Positions 40,544-50,026 of a DNA stretch of 64,000 bases are shown here, piece after piece (the first letter of the stretch is position 1; each line of letters opens with the position of its first letter). The notes beneath the pieces are model-generated. The model was not told the DNA's origin and did no database searches. It was given only the letters and a program-made list of their open reading frames with translations. The stretch spans positions 1,169,458-1,233,457 of the forward strand of contig OZ252000.1 in the NCBI GenBank assembly GCA_965247025.1, written 5' to 3'. Origin of the DNA: Ferruginibacter sp. (GTDB lineage Bacteria; Bacteroidota; Bacteroidia; Chitinophagales; Chitinophagaceae). A program made the position numbers and the translations under genes.

Positions 40544-41265
40544 ACAGAAAAAACTTTTTAAAATCCGGCACACTTGCAGGTGCTGCCACACTGTTGTCAA
40601 CAAACAATGCTTTTGCCCAAAATCTTTCCAGTAATCCCATTGATAAACTGGTTGATGCTAATGGTAATTACATGCAGCAGGCATTACCCTACAGTGAAAA
40701 CTTTTTAGAGCCGTATATGGATGCTGAAACAATGCACCTGCATTACACATTTCATCACGGGGGTGCAGTAAAAGCTGCCAACAAAGATTTGAGCATGATT
40801 AAAAAAGCTTGTGATGAAAACAATTTAGAAACCGTTGACTTTTGGACAAAGAAATTATCCTATCATTTTTCGTCACATATTTTGCATTCAATATTTTGGA
40901 CAAATCTTACCAATAAAAAAACGGAACCAACCGGCAACCTGCAAAAAAGAATTGAAAAAAACTTTGGCAGTGTTGAAAAACTGAAGGCTTTAATTGCGGC
41001 AACATCAAAAAATGTTGATGGCAACGGCTGGGGCATTGTAGCTTACCAGCCCTACAGCGACAGTCTTACTGTACTGCAATGTGAGAACCACGAAAAACTG
41101 ACACAATGGGGTGCCATACCATTGCTGGTTATTGATGTTTGGGAACATGCTTATTACCTTAAATACAAAAATAAACGGACAGATTTTGTTGACGCTTTGT
41201 TCAATATTATTAACTGGGACAATGCCGCTTTAAGACTGGACGAAGCCTTGAAATTAACCAGTTAG
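40540..41265 (+). CDS. Fe/Mn superoxide dismutase with Tat signal (ChrC-like position)
   Basis: It opens MNRKNFLKSGTLAGAATLL. SOD motifs are HLHYTFHHGG and DVWEHAYYLKYKNKR. It overlaps the chrA stop by 4 nt. Confidence 0.9.
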   Translation: MNRKNFLKSGTLAGAATLLSTNNAFAQNLSSNPIDKLVDANGNYMQQALPYSENFLEPYMDAETMHLHYTFHHGGAVKAANKDLSMIKKACDENNLETVDFWTKKLSYHFSSHILHSIFWTNLTNKKTEPTGNLQKRIEKNFGSVEKLKALIAATSKNVDGNGWGIVAYQPYSDSLTVLQCENHEKLTQWGAIPLLVIDVWEHAYYLKYKNKRTDFVDALFNIINWDNAALRLDEALKLTS

Positions 41266-41799
41266 TTTTTACCTTAATTGGGTCACAAAAAAAGTCCGGG
41301 AAATTATTTTCGCCAGGATATTTTTGTCCGGCTATTAGTTGCCGGCAATTCTTTCTTCCGGGCTTTATAAACCTCTTCAGCTACCTCAGGCGTTATTTTT
41401 ATAATTTACTGTCAATTCAGTTTAAGCCCTGCTGTTGCTGCATCCTTCCCTGGCTGTTGCCGGCTTTATAAATGCTGTATTTTATTCTGCGGTTGCTGAA
41501 TTCCTATTTACTTACCGTTATTTTAGGTCCTGCCATTTTGTTGGATAAATGTTGCATATCTATCATGTAAAATTTGCTGCTTAATTGTAACTTTAATCGC
41601 AGGTATTAGAGCGGCAGGCTATCGTCTGTAACGGTACTTTTTTATTATTACGGGAACATTAATTTTGCGTCCGGTAGCTAGACATTATGGATTAAATGCA
41701 ATTATTGTCCCGTTAATGCCAACTGTTTCTATATTTTTGTCATCGTTTTCCACATGGCCGTTAAAAGAATTATTCCAGTTATTTAAATAAACGAGTGCT

Positions 41800-42378
41800 A
41801 TGAATCCAAAAGTTGATTTTTACTTTACCAAAGCCAGCAACTGGCAAACAGAAATCAATAAGTTAAGAAGCATTATTCTTGACTGCGGCCTCAATGAAGA
41901 TCTTAAATGGGGCTGCCCCTGTTACAGTTTTGAAACAGCAAATATTGTTTTAATCCACGTGTTTAACGACTATTGTGCCTTGCTGTTTTTTAAAGGAGCT
42001 TTGTTAAAAGACGATGCTAATATATTGATTCAGCAAACGGAAAATGTGCAGGCAGCCCGGCAAATGCGGTTTACCAATATCAAGGAAATTACTAAAATGG
42101 AACGCACAATTAAAGCTTATATTTTTGAGGCGGCAGAAGTAGAAAAAAAAGGGTTAAAAGTGAATATGAAAACTACAGCAGAATATAAAATCCCTGCGGA
42201 ACTGCAACAAAAGTTCGATAAAAACCCTGTTTTAAAAAATGCATTTAATGCACTTACACCCGGGCGGCAAAGAGGCTATATACTTTATTTTTCCGCCGCC
42301 AAACAACCCAAAACCAGAGAGCTGAGAATTGAAAAATATATACCGGATATTTTTGCCGGCAAGGGTTTGAATGATTAA
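41800..42378 (+). CDS. DUF1801 / YdeI-family protein
   Basis: 192 aa. The N-terminus has the DLKWGCPCYSF pattern and the C-terminus has LTPGRQRGYILYFSAAKQPKTRELRIEK. Confidence 0.7.
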   Translation: MNPKVDFYFTKASNWQTEINKLRSIILDCGLNEDLKWGCPCYSFETANIVLIHVFNDYCALLFFKGALLKDDANILIQQTENVQAARQMRFTNIKEITKMERTIKAYIFEAAEVEKKGLKVNMKTTAEYKIPAELQQKFDKNPVLKNAFNALTPGRQRGYILYFSAAKQPKTRELRIEKYIPDIFAGKGLND

Positions 42379-42425
42379 CAAGGCGGCAGCCAGATCAGCA
42401 ATACAGTTACATTAAATCATTAAAA

Positions 42426-42893
42426 ATGGAAGACGAAAACAACGCAGAACGAACGCTTCATATTACAAGAACATTGAACGCCCCGGTTGAGCTGGTTTGG
42501 GAAGTATGGACCGATGCCGTGCAAATTGAAAAATGGTGGGGACCAAACGGGTTTACCAGCACCACTCACAAAATGGACTTTGAGCAGGGCGGGGAATGGA
42601 AATTAACCCTGCATGGGCCGGATGGAACAAACTATCCTAACAGGAGTATTTTTATGGAAATTATTCCCTTTGAAAAGATCAGCTTTGAACACTTCAATCC
42701 GCATTTTTTTACAACAGTTTTGTTTCAATCAAAAGGTGGAGCAACTTTGCTTGACTGGTCAATGTTATTTGACAATGCGGAGATATTTGAAACTGTGGTT
42801 AAAGCACACAAAGCAGATGAAGGACTCAGACAAAATGTAAACCGGCTTGAAGATTACTTAGCTGGTTTTGTAAAAGAAGAAAAACCGGTATAG
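42426..42893 (+). CDS. SRPBCC (AHSA1/START-like) domain protein
   Basis: 155 aa. It carries LNAPVELVWEVWTDAVQIEKWWGPNGFT. Confidence 0.8.
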   Translation: MEDENNAERTLHITRTLNAPVELVWEVWTDAVQIEKWWGPNGFTSTTHKMDFEQGGEWKLTLHGPDGTNYPNRSIFMEIIPFEKISFEHFNPHFFTTVLFQSKGGATLLDWSMLFDNAEIFETVVKAHKADEGLRQNVNRLEDYLAGFVKEEKPV

Positions 42894-42910
42894 CATATAA
42901 ATCAGGTAAG

Positions 42911-43477
42911 ATGAAAAGCACCATCAAAAAGTTGACGCCACAGGAGCAGGAAGATTTGCTCAGCATATTGAAGACCCGTTTTGAAAAAAACATGAACCGG
43001 CATAAAGCTGTTGGCTGGGCAACTGTACAGAAAAAGCTGGAACAAAATCCGGGAAAGTTATGGCAGCTTAACCAAATGGAAATAACCGGCGGCGAGCCGG
43101 ATGTTGTTGGCCTGGATAAAGAAACGGGTGATTGCATTTTTTATGATTGCGCTGCTGAAAGCCCAAAAGACCGCAGAAGTTTTTGTTACGATAACGCTGC
43201 ACTGGAATCAAGAAAAGAAAATAAACCTAAAGACAGCGCACTTGCTTCGGCTGCTGCCATGGGCATTGAACTGCTGACCGAAGAAGAGTACCGTTCCTTA
43301 CAGGAGTTGGGAAACTTTGACACCAAAACATCCAGCTGGATAGCAACACCAGCAGTTATCAGGCAACTCGGTGGAGCCCTTTTTTGTGACCGGCGCTACA
43401 ATACTGTTTTTGTTTATCACAATGGTGCTGAATCTTACTACGCTGCAAGAGGATTTCGTGGCTCGTTAAAGGTGTAG
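42911..43477 (+). CDS. DUF4256 domain protein
   Basis: 188 aa with MEITGGEPDVVG, FDTKTSSWIATP and HNGAESYYAARGFRGSLKV, characteristic of the family. Confidence 0.75.
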   Translation: MKSTIKKLTPQEQEDLLSILKTRFEKNMNRHKAVGWATVQKKLEQNPGKLWQLNQMEITGGEPDVVGLDKETGDCIFYDCAAESPKDRRSFCYDNAALESRKENKPKDSALASAAAMGIELLTEEEYRSLQELGNFDTKTSSWIATPAVIRQLGGALFCDRRYNTVFVYHNGAESYYAARGFRGSLKV

Positions 43478-43494
43478 TATATTTTCATTTGCAG

Positions 43495-43905
43495 CTATCC
43501 GGGCAGCTTTTCTTTTACCAGACCATATACCCAGGTACCTGCTACCGCACTCAGCAAAGTAATTAAAACTACTAAAAAACCGCTACCAATTTGTGCAAAC
43601 AAAGGGCCGGGGCAAGCACCTGTAATTGCCCAGCCAATGCCGAAAATTAAGCCTCCATATATTTGCCCTTTGCTGAATTTTTTGTTTTCAAAAGTGATAG
43701 ATTCTCCGCTAAATGTTTTTATGTTGAAGCGTTTAATCAGCCAGATAGAAAGCATGCCAACTATTACTGCAGTGCCCATTACACCGTACATAAAAAATGA
43801 TTGCAAATGAAACATTTCCTGGATACGAAACCAACTGATTATTTCAGCTTTTACAAAAACAATTCCGAACATAACGCCTGTAACCAGGTATTTAATATTT
43901 CTCAT
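43495..43905 (-). CDS. YeeE/YedE-type sulfur-transport membrane protein (small subunit)
   Basis: 136 aa with 4 TM segments and GWAITGACPGP. It lies adjacent to a second YeeE/YedE gene. Confidence 0.75.
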   Translation of the reverse strand: MRNIKYLVTGVMFGIVFVKAEIISWFRIQEMFHLQSFFMYGVMGTAVIVGMLSIWLIKRFNIKTFSGESITFENKKFSKGQIYGGLIFGIGWAITGACPGPLFAQIGSGFLVVLITLLSAVAGTWVYGLVKEKLPG

Positions 43906-43906
43906 T

Positions 43907-44479
43907 TTAAACCAGTTTAAAAATTAATGGCATTAGAATATTTGCAGAAAAAAAGCCGCCCACCATAAAACAGCAGGTTGCAATTAAAGAGGGCAGCTGC
44001 AGGTTTGATAAACCCATAATTGCATGACCGCTGGTACAACCACCTGCGTAACGGGTACCAAAGCCAACTAAAAAACCACCAAATACAAAAAAGAAAAATC
44101 CCTTTAATGTCAGGATATTTTCGATGCTGAAAATTTGCGTTGGCATCAGCCGGCTAAAATCGGTAATACCATATTGCGCTAAAATTACTTTAGTACTTTG
44201 CACCACAACAATAGTATTGGGATTACTTAAAAAACAGGTTGCTATAAAGCCGCCCGCTAAAACCCCGGCCACAAAAAACAAGTTCCAGCTTTCTTTTTTC
44301 CAGTCATATTTAAAAAATGGAATGTTGGCTGGTATGCACATGGCACAAATGTGGCGAAGCGAAGAAGATATGCCAAACTTTTTATTGCCCAGTAACAACA
44401 ACGTGGGAACCGTTAAACCGATTAAAACACCTGCTACTGCCCAATGCCACGGCTGCTTTATAAATTCTATAGTACTCAT
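43907..44479 (-). CDS. YeeE/YedE family membrane protein
   Basis: It carries GTRYAGGCTSGH. The ATG at 44479 (MSTIEFIKQPWHW) is preferred because the track start at 44584 overlaps the upstream gene. Confidence 0.75.
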   Translation of the reverse strand: MSTIEFIKQPWHWAVAGVLIGLTVPTLLLLGNKKFGISSSLRHICAMCIPANIPFFKYDWKKESWNLFFVAGVLAGGFIATCFLSNPNTIVVVQSTKVILAQYGITDFSRLMPTQIFSIENILTLKGFFFFVFGGFLVGFGTRYAGGCTSGHAIMGLSNLQLPSLIATCCFMVGGFFSANILMPLIFKLV

Positions 44480-44504
44480 TAATGCTATTTTTATGTAAAA
44501 ATGT

Positions 44505-45920
44505 TCAGGCAGATAATTTTGATTGACAAACAAAACCGGTTTTGGGAATGGCTGTATCTGCAATGGCTTTAAAACCACCTGCAATTTCAGTAAAATTTCT
44601 ATAGCCTCTTGCCTGCAAAATACTTGCAGTAATCATACTTCTATAACCGCTTGCACAATGCAAATAAAAATGCCCGGCAAGGTCTATGTCTTTTATCCAA
44701 TCGTTAATTTCTGCTAATGGCCGGCAGAATGCTTCTTCAACATGTTCTGCACTGTACTCACTTTGTTTACGAACATCAATCACTTTAGTTTGGCCAATTT
44801 TTATTTCGGTTGCAAATTGCTGTGCAGTAATTCTGTTAACTGTATCTGTTTCTTTATTTGCATTTTTCCAGGCATCAAACCCACCTTGCAAATGCCCAAT
44901 AATATTATCAAACCCAACCCTGGTTAGCCTGGTAATGGTTTCTTCTTCCTGCCCTGCATCTGTTACCAAAATGATAGCTTGTTTAACATCGCCTGCCAAT
45001 GCACCCACCCAAGGTGCAAAATCACCATTGATACCAATATTTACTGCCTGTGGCACAAAGCCCTTATAAAAATCGCTATTGTTACGGGTATCTAATATCA
45101 ATGCGCCGGTTTCTATAGCAGCTGCTTCAAATTCTGCTGCCGTTAAAGCCCTCATTCCATTATTAAAAACAGTATCAAAACTTTCATAACCGTTTTTATT
45201 CATGGCCACATTCATTCCAAAATAAGCAGGCGGTGGCAATAATCCGTCCGTCACTTCTTTTACAAATTCGGCTTCGGTCATATTCTCACGTAAAGCATAA
45301 TTTAATTGTTTTTGAATACCGATTGTTGAGGTGGTTTCTTTGCTCATGTTTTTTCCACAAGCGCTACCTGCACCATGGGCCGGGTAAACAATCACATTAT
45401 CGGGTAGCGTCATAACTTTTGTACGCAACGATTGGTATAACGTAGCTGCCAGTTGCTCCTGTGTCATGGCAGCAGCTTTTTGTGCCAGGTCGGGCCTGCC
45501 AACATCGCCGATAAATAAAGTATCGCCGCTAAACAAAGAACGTTCTGTGCCATTTTCATCTGACAATAAATAGCAAGTGCTTTCCATCGTGTGCCCTGGT
45601 GTGTGCAGCACTTTAATTTTAATGTTGCCTAATTCAAATATTTGCCCATCCTCAGCACTTATAAAATCGAAAGACGGGTTAGCATTTGGGCCATAAACGA
45701 TAGGCGCATTTGTTTGTTTGCTAAGATCTATATGGCCGCTAACAAAATCGGCGTGAAAATGCGTTTCAAAAATGTATCTGAGTTTTACATTATCTCTCTG
45801 CAGCCTTTCAATATAGGGTTGTGTTTCACGAAGAGGATCTATTATAGCAGCCTCGCCATTGCTTGTAATATAGTAAGCACCTTGTGCTAAACAACCGGTG
45901 TAAATTTGTTCTGTTTGCAT
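44505..45920 (-). CDS. MBL-fold persulfide-dioxygenase-like hydrolase fused to two rhodanese domains
   Basis: 471 aa with the metal motif ETHFHADFVSGH and the rhodanese active loop HCASGYRS. Confidence 0.9.
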   Translation of the reverse strand: MQTEQIYTGCLAQGAYYITSNGEAAIIDPLRETQPYIERLQRDNVKLRYIFETHFHADFVSGHIDLSKQTNAPIVYGPNANPSFDFISAEDGQIFELGNIKIKVLHTPGHTMESTCYLLSDENGTERSLFSGDTLFIGDVGRPDLAQKAAAMTQEQLAATLYQSLRTKVMTLPDNVIVYPAHGAGSACGKNMSKETTSTIGIQKQLNYALRENMTEAEFVKEVTDGLLPPPAYFGMNVAMNKNGYESFDTVFNNGMRALTAAEFEAAAIETGALILDTRNNSDFYKGFVPQAVNIGINGDFAPWVGALAGDVKQAIILVTDAGQEEETITRLTRVGFDNIIGHLQGGFDAWKNANKETDTVNRITAQQFATEIKIGQTKVIDVRKQSEYSAEHVEEAFCRPLAEINDWIKDIDLAGHFYLHCASGYRSMITASILQARGYRNFTEIAGGFKAIADTAIPKTGFVCQSKLSA

Positions 45921-45977
45921 TTTTTTATTTAAAGAATAGAAGTGAATAAATGAAAATTAGTTGATGAGTTTGACATT

Positions 45978-46766
45978 TTAGAATTTATAAAATTCTTTTA
46001 CTATTATGTAAATTCCTGCAACTAATACAAACCAGCCAAATGCTGGCTTTAGTTTATTTCCGTCAACTTTTTTTGCTAAATAAATGCCAATAAAAATTCC
46101 AACAATTGCAATTGATGTAAATAATAATAAGAATTGAAAATTAAGCGCAACATTATTCAGTACGTCACCTGCAAAACCAATTATTGAGTTGATAGCGATT
46201 ATCAGAAGAGATGTACCAATGGCTTGCTTCATTGATAAGGCAGCAAAAAAAAGTAGCGCAGGAATTATTAAAAACCCGCCGCCAGCCCCTAAAAATCCTG
46301 TAACAAAACCTACCGATAATCCCACAAAGGCCAACTTTATTTTGTTAGGCGCAGATGCTGCCTGGGGGGTATTTCTATTTTTTATCATTGATATTGATGC
46401 TGCAATCATGAGCACAGCAAAAACCATCATCAACAAAATATTTTTACTAATCACAAAATTGTTAATCCTAAAGACTTCATCTGGCATTTGTGGTAAAATG
46501 TATTTTCTTGTTATCAATAAACTTACGATTGATGGAAGGCCAAAAACCACCGCTGTCTCTTTGTTTAAATTGTTTAGCCTGTAATGTTTTACCGAACCAA
46601 TAAATGCAGAGACGCCCACTATAAATAAAGAATAGCTTGTTGAAAGTTGTGGATTAAATTGAAAGATATACACCAGTACAGGAACTGCCAAAATTGACCC
46701 CCCGCCGCCAATTAAGCCTAATGAAATACCTACAAACAAGGCGAGGAAATAACCAAGTAAAATCAT
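45978..46766 (-). CDS. TauE/SafE family sulfite exporter
   Basis: 262 aa, about 8 TM segments, with duplicated G.GGG..(L)..P motifs (GLIGGGGSILAVP, GFLGAGGGFLIIP). Confidence 0.85.
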   Translation of the reverse strand: MILLGYFLALFVGISLGLIGGGGSILAVPVLVYIFQFNPQLSTSYSLFIVGVSAFIGSVKHYRLNNLNKETAVVFGLPSIVSLLITRKYILPQMPDEVFRINNFVISKNILLMMVFAVLMIAASISMIKNRNTPQAASAPNKIKLAFVGLSVGFVTGFLGAGGGFLIIPALLFFAALSMKQAIGTSLLIIAINSIIGFAGDVLNNVALNFQFLLLFTSIAIVGIFIGIYLAKKVDGNKLKPAFGWFVLVAGIYIIVKEFYKF

Positions 46767-46827
46767 AATTAAAATTTACCTGGCAAATGTGGGATGTTAT
46801 AATCTCTTGGTTTGTAACATTTATCAC

Positions 46828-47463
46828 TTACTCTATTAATAATTCAATATGGCTGCGATGCAGATTTACCAACCCCCGCTGCTCCATCTTTTTTAAAAGC
46901 CTCGAAATTACTTCTCTTGATGAACTTAAATCATTGGCAATTTCCTGGTGAGAGATTTGAATATCTTTTGTGTTATTGGTTTTTGCATTGCGCTTTAAAT
47001 AAAACTCCAGGCGTTCGTCCATACTTCTAAATGCTATATTATCAATAACAGTAAGCACCTCTTCAAACCGGCTTCTGTAGGTATCTACTACAAACTCATA
47101 CCAGCTCCTGTGTTCCGCCATCCATTTATCCATTAATTGCAAAGGAACCATAATCAATTCTGCATCTTCAACAACCTTTGCCATTATCTGGCTTTTTTCA
47201 CTTTTTGTGGCGCAAATCATTGAGATAGCGCAGGCCTGCCCCGGCACTAAATAATACATAAAAAACTCTTTGCCTTCGTCGTCTTCCCTGTATATCTTTA
47301 TTTTTCCTTTTGTAACTAAAACGGTGTTTTTTATATATTGTCCTGTACGCATTAACACTGTGCCAATGGTTGCTTCTGTAGCGGTTGCATTAACTTGAAT
47401 ATTGTCTAACAGCTCCTTTTGAAAAGTTGGAAATAGTTGTTGAACCAGGCTATTTGAAGTCAT
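46828..47463 (-). CDS. Crp/Fnr family transcriptional regulator
   Basis: A cNMP-binding beta-roll followed by the HTH ISHQEIANDLSSSREVISRLLKKMEQRGLV. The ATG at 47463 is preferred. Confidence 0.85.
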   Translation of the reverse strand: MTSNSLVQQLFPTFQKELLDNIQVNATATEATIGTVLMRTGQYIKNTVLVTKGKIKIYREDDEGKEFFMYYLVPGQACAISMICATKSEKSQIMAKVVEDAELIMVPLQLMDKWMAEHRSWYEFVVDTYRSRFEEVLTVIDNIAFRSMDERLEFYLKRNAKTNNTKDIQISHQEIANDLSSSREVISRLLKKMEQRGLVNLHRSHIELLIE

Positions 47464-47829
47464 TTTTTTTCTGTAAATATAATTGATTGAAGCTTTGGGG
47501 TATGAGTGGGTTTTGTGCATTGTTTGGCGGAATTTTAAAATACTTCCCATATCACCTGCATCAAATTAAAAATTCTCTGCCAAATGCCAATTTTTAAAAT
47601 CCAATACTCAATAGCCCCGCTACCGCCAGTCTTATTGCTTTATTCTTCTCAACCAGTTTTTCTTTTATCCAGTGCTCCAACCGGTGATGCAATAAAATTA
47701 GAGAACAGGAAACTCATCCTCAGTAATTTTAAAAGAAAAATCATACTGCACAGCTAGTAATTAACAAGCATACTTTTTAAGGTAAATCACTTTTAAATAA
47801 AGAAAAGAAAAATTATATTTGTTAAAAAC

Positions 47830-48696
47830 ATGCCTAAGATAAAAATTGCTTCGCAAGTAAATGTATGTTCACTAAACGGAACACAAATCAATTTACGGTT
47901 TCTTGAAGGTGGTTCAGCCATTGCAGATGTAATTAAAAATTCCGGCCCGGATTTTACAGGAACAAAACACGTGGCGAATATCAGTTATGAGGATTTTGTT
48001 TTTGAAACCGGGCTGAATGATGAAATAACCAGGGTAATTAAAGCAACATGGAATGATGGGACATTTTATTCAGATGGCTCTTTCATTACTGCAAATGCCG
48101 ATTTTAAAGCAATCTACGAAGATGAGTTTCAGAGAGCATTGTTAACTGAAACCATTATACCTCCGTGTGATGCCTCCTCAAAAGAGGTTGCCGTCTTTCG
48201 CCTTAGGCTACAGCCAGAAAGTGTGCACAACAAAACGGGTAATGGTGCTGACATTCGACCGGGTATTAAGCAAGAAACAAAAACAATATTAAAATCTAAT
48301 TTCAGGTTTGAATTAGGAAAGCTGCCCTGCACAAGAGTTGTTGCTATTGATTCTTTTAGCGTAAAAATATCTGCCAGTGAAGAAAAGCCTGGCATTTTCA
48401 GGGAACCAACAAAACATCTAAGCATCGATTTTCCCAATCTCTTTCTCACCATTTCATCAGCGGATCTTGCACCATGGTTTGAGTACTACAAGAGTTCACT
48501 GATTGATGGAAATCATCTTGAATCAGATAAATTAACTGGAATGCTAACCTTTTTATCACCTAATTTAAAAGTGGGGTTATTTTCAATTAGCCTGCAGGGT
48601 GTGGGTATCTTAAGCCTTCAGCGTCACCTGGGGCCAGCAAATGACAGTTCCCGGTTTCGTGTAGGGCTGTATTGCGACCGAATGATAATAGAATAG
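47830..48696 (+). CDS. hypothetical protein, possibly two tandem phage-tail-tube (gp19/TIGR02241-like) domains
   Basis: 288-aa ORF. Both halves show a weak pattern F.(F/V)E.G......V..I..........(P/E)G.....nl.L.....D...W.... The ORF itself is good but the family assignment is tentative. Confidence 0.6.
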   Translation: MPKIKIASQVNVCSLNGTQINLRFLEGGSAIADVIKNSGPDFTGTKHVANISYEDFVFETGLNDEITRVIKATWNDGTFYSDGSFITANADFKAIYEDEFQRALLTETIIPPCDASSKEVAVFRLRLQPESVHNKTGNGADIRPGIKQETKTILKSNFRFELGKLPCTRVVAIDSFSVKISASEEKPGIFREPTKHLSIDFPNLFLTISSADLAPWFEYYKSSLIDGNHLESDKLTGMLTFLSPNLKVGLFSISLQGVGILSLQRHLGPANDSSRFRVGLYCDRMIIE

Positions 48697-48757
48697 TTTA
48701 CCAATTTGTAAACGGTAAATCAAGATTTTCAGTATTCGTTGGGTATAGCAGGGTTGC

Positions 48758-48797
48758 AGGCAATTCATTAATTAACGGAATCTCCGCAGGTTAAAAC
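48758..48797 (-). other. hairpin-plus-core module (last, leftmost copy) marking the end of the cassette-like array
   Basis: The minus strand reads TTTTAAC-CTGCGGA-GATTC-CGTTAATTAATGA-ATTGCCT. This is the same layout as the modules at 49343, 53087, 54386, 55301 and 63270. Confidence 0.45.
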
Positions 48798-48936
48798 AAA
48801 GAGTTCCATTTTCAGATTTTCAATTGTGGCATGCTGCAATAAGCCAGGCACCAATCTTCTAACTCCACATTAATAGCCCGGCTACTGCTGGTTCAATCAA
48901 TCCCGAAAACTTTTATGTTGATGGCAGATGTTAAAT

Positions 48937-49299
48937 TTACCATTGTTGAATAATAACGCCCAACTGTTTATCCATCAAAGCAAACTCCTTTGCGCCCCAT
49001 GGGCGGAGTGTAATTTCTTTTAGATTTGGATGAAGAAATTCAGGATGAGATTTAGAAACTTTTTCGTAAACTTCTTCAATGTTGTTGGTTACCAGTCTAA
49101 ATTCAGGATTATGCTCTTTCGCATAGCGGGCATTTTCAAAAAGATTTATGCGCAAGCCATCTTTTTCTAATACACAAAATGGCTGACCGGACTTTATCTC
49201 ATCATGTCCAATAGTAAAATCAAGACAATCAACAAACAATTTCAAACCATCTTTTATATTAACATAAAAAACGTTTGGAACAATTTTTTCAAAATTCAT
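48937..49299 (-). CDS. VOC (glyoxalase/bleomycin-resistance) family protein
   Basis: 120 aa. It opens VPNVFYVNIKDGLKLFVDCLDF and ends RPWGAKEFALMD. Confidence 0.8.
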   Translation of the reverse strand: MNFEKIVPNVFYVNIKDGLKLFVDCLDFTIGHDEIKSGQPFCVLEKDGLRINLFENARYAKEHNPEFRLVTNNIEEVYEKVSKSHPEFLHPNLKEITLRPWGAKEFALMDKQLGVIIQQW

Positions 49300-49342
49300 A
49301 CACTAAGCTTTTTGAATTTAAAAGAGGTGTTGTTACAATTAC

Positions 49343-49440
49343 AGCCAACTCATTAAATGCCGCAACCAGCGGCAAGTTAAAAATTGGTTATTGATAATAA
49401 ACATTTACAGCTGTACATTTTAAAATGCAGGTTGCTTTAT
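49343..49440 (-). repeat. family-D element, partial (hairpin-plus-core module and adjoining segment)
   Basis: The plus strand reads AGCCAAC-TC-ATTAAATGCCGC-AACCA-GCGGCAAGTTAAAAA.... On the minus strand it ends in the GTTGGCT core 44 nt upstream of the VOC start. Confidence 0.55.
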
Positions 49441-49643
49441 TTCAAACACTGCATCGCCATAGCCCGCCTATCTCCGCTTCGGTTAATCCCAAAAGCTTTC
49501 GGGACATAACCGGATTTTCGGTAGCACTGCATTTCATTCCAGCCATACATGTTGAGCCTAACCAAATAACTAAAAGCATAAGAATTAAGTTAATTTATGG
49601 AAATGCCGAACCAAGTGAGCCACGAACCAATGCAGGTAGTATT

Positions 49644-49732
49644 GGTGATTAAATATCATCATGCCTCTAGTAACTACCTGGCACAGGAAAACCACCGCAT
49701 AAAACTCAGTCTCATTCCTGCGCCTGAAAGCA
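49644..49732 (-). repeat. family-E ~90-bp structured repeat
   Basis: GGTGATTAAATATCATCATGCC...GGCACAGGAA(49680-49689)...TTCCTGCGCC(49715-49724). Other copies lie at 53606 and 56052. Confidence 0.65.
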
Positions 49733-49914
49733 ATCAAAAACAAATGAAAAACAAGAGCATAAAAAACTATTACAAAAAACTAAATAACTTTAATCAAAAT
49801 CATCCTGAAAACGCCGGGCAGTATTTAGTTTAAAACCGTCAACCTTTTTAGTACCAGTCAGGTAACAGGTTTGAGTTTATGATTGGCCCATGATATTTTT
49901 TTAAGGTGCATTGA

Positions 49915-49980
49915 GGAGAGTTTAAGGTGGAGAGTAAAGCGGGGGAAGGGACTGAATTTATTATCCGATTGCCTGTAGCA
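49915..49980 (+). pseudogene. orphan C-terminal fragment of a histidine kinase (HATPase G2/G3 region)
   Basis: It translates as GEFKVESKAGEGTEFIIRLPV, is preceded by an in-frame TGA at 49912, and has no upstream kinase body. Confidence 0.4.
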
Positions 49981-50026
49981 GGAGAAAGGGCTTTTTTTAA
50001 TTTACGTTTTAATTGCAAACTCACTC

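Noticed and set aside
48937-49299. A classical attC directly after the VOC gene (CCATCAAC...ATTGATTG).
   Set aside because: The candidate boxes are only ~30 nt apart and have almost no pairing arms, so the true 3' boundary of this unit remains unresolved.
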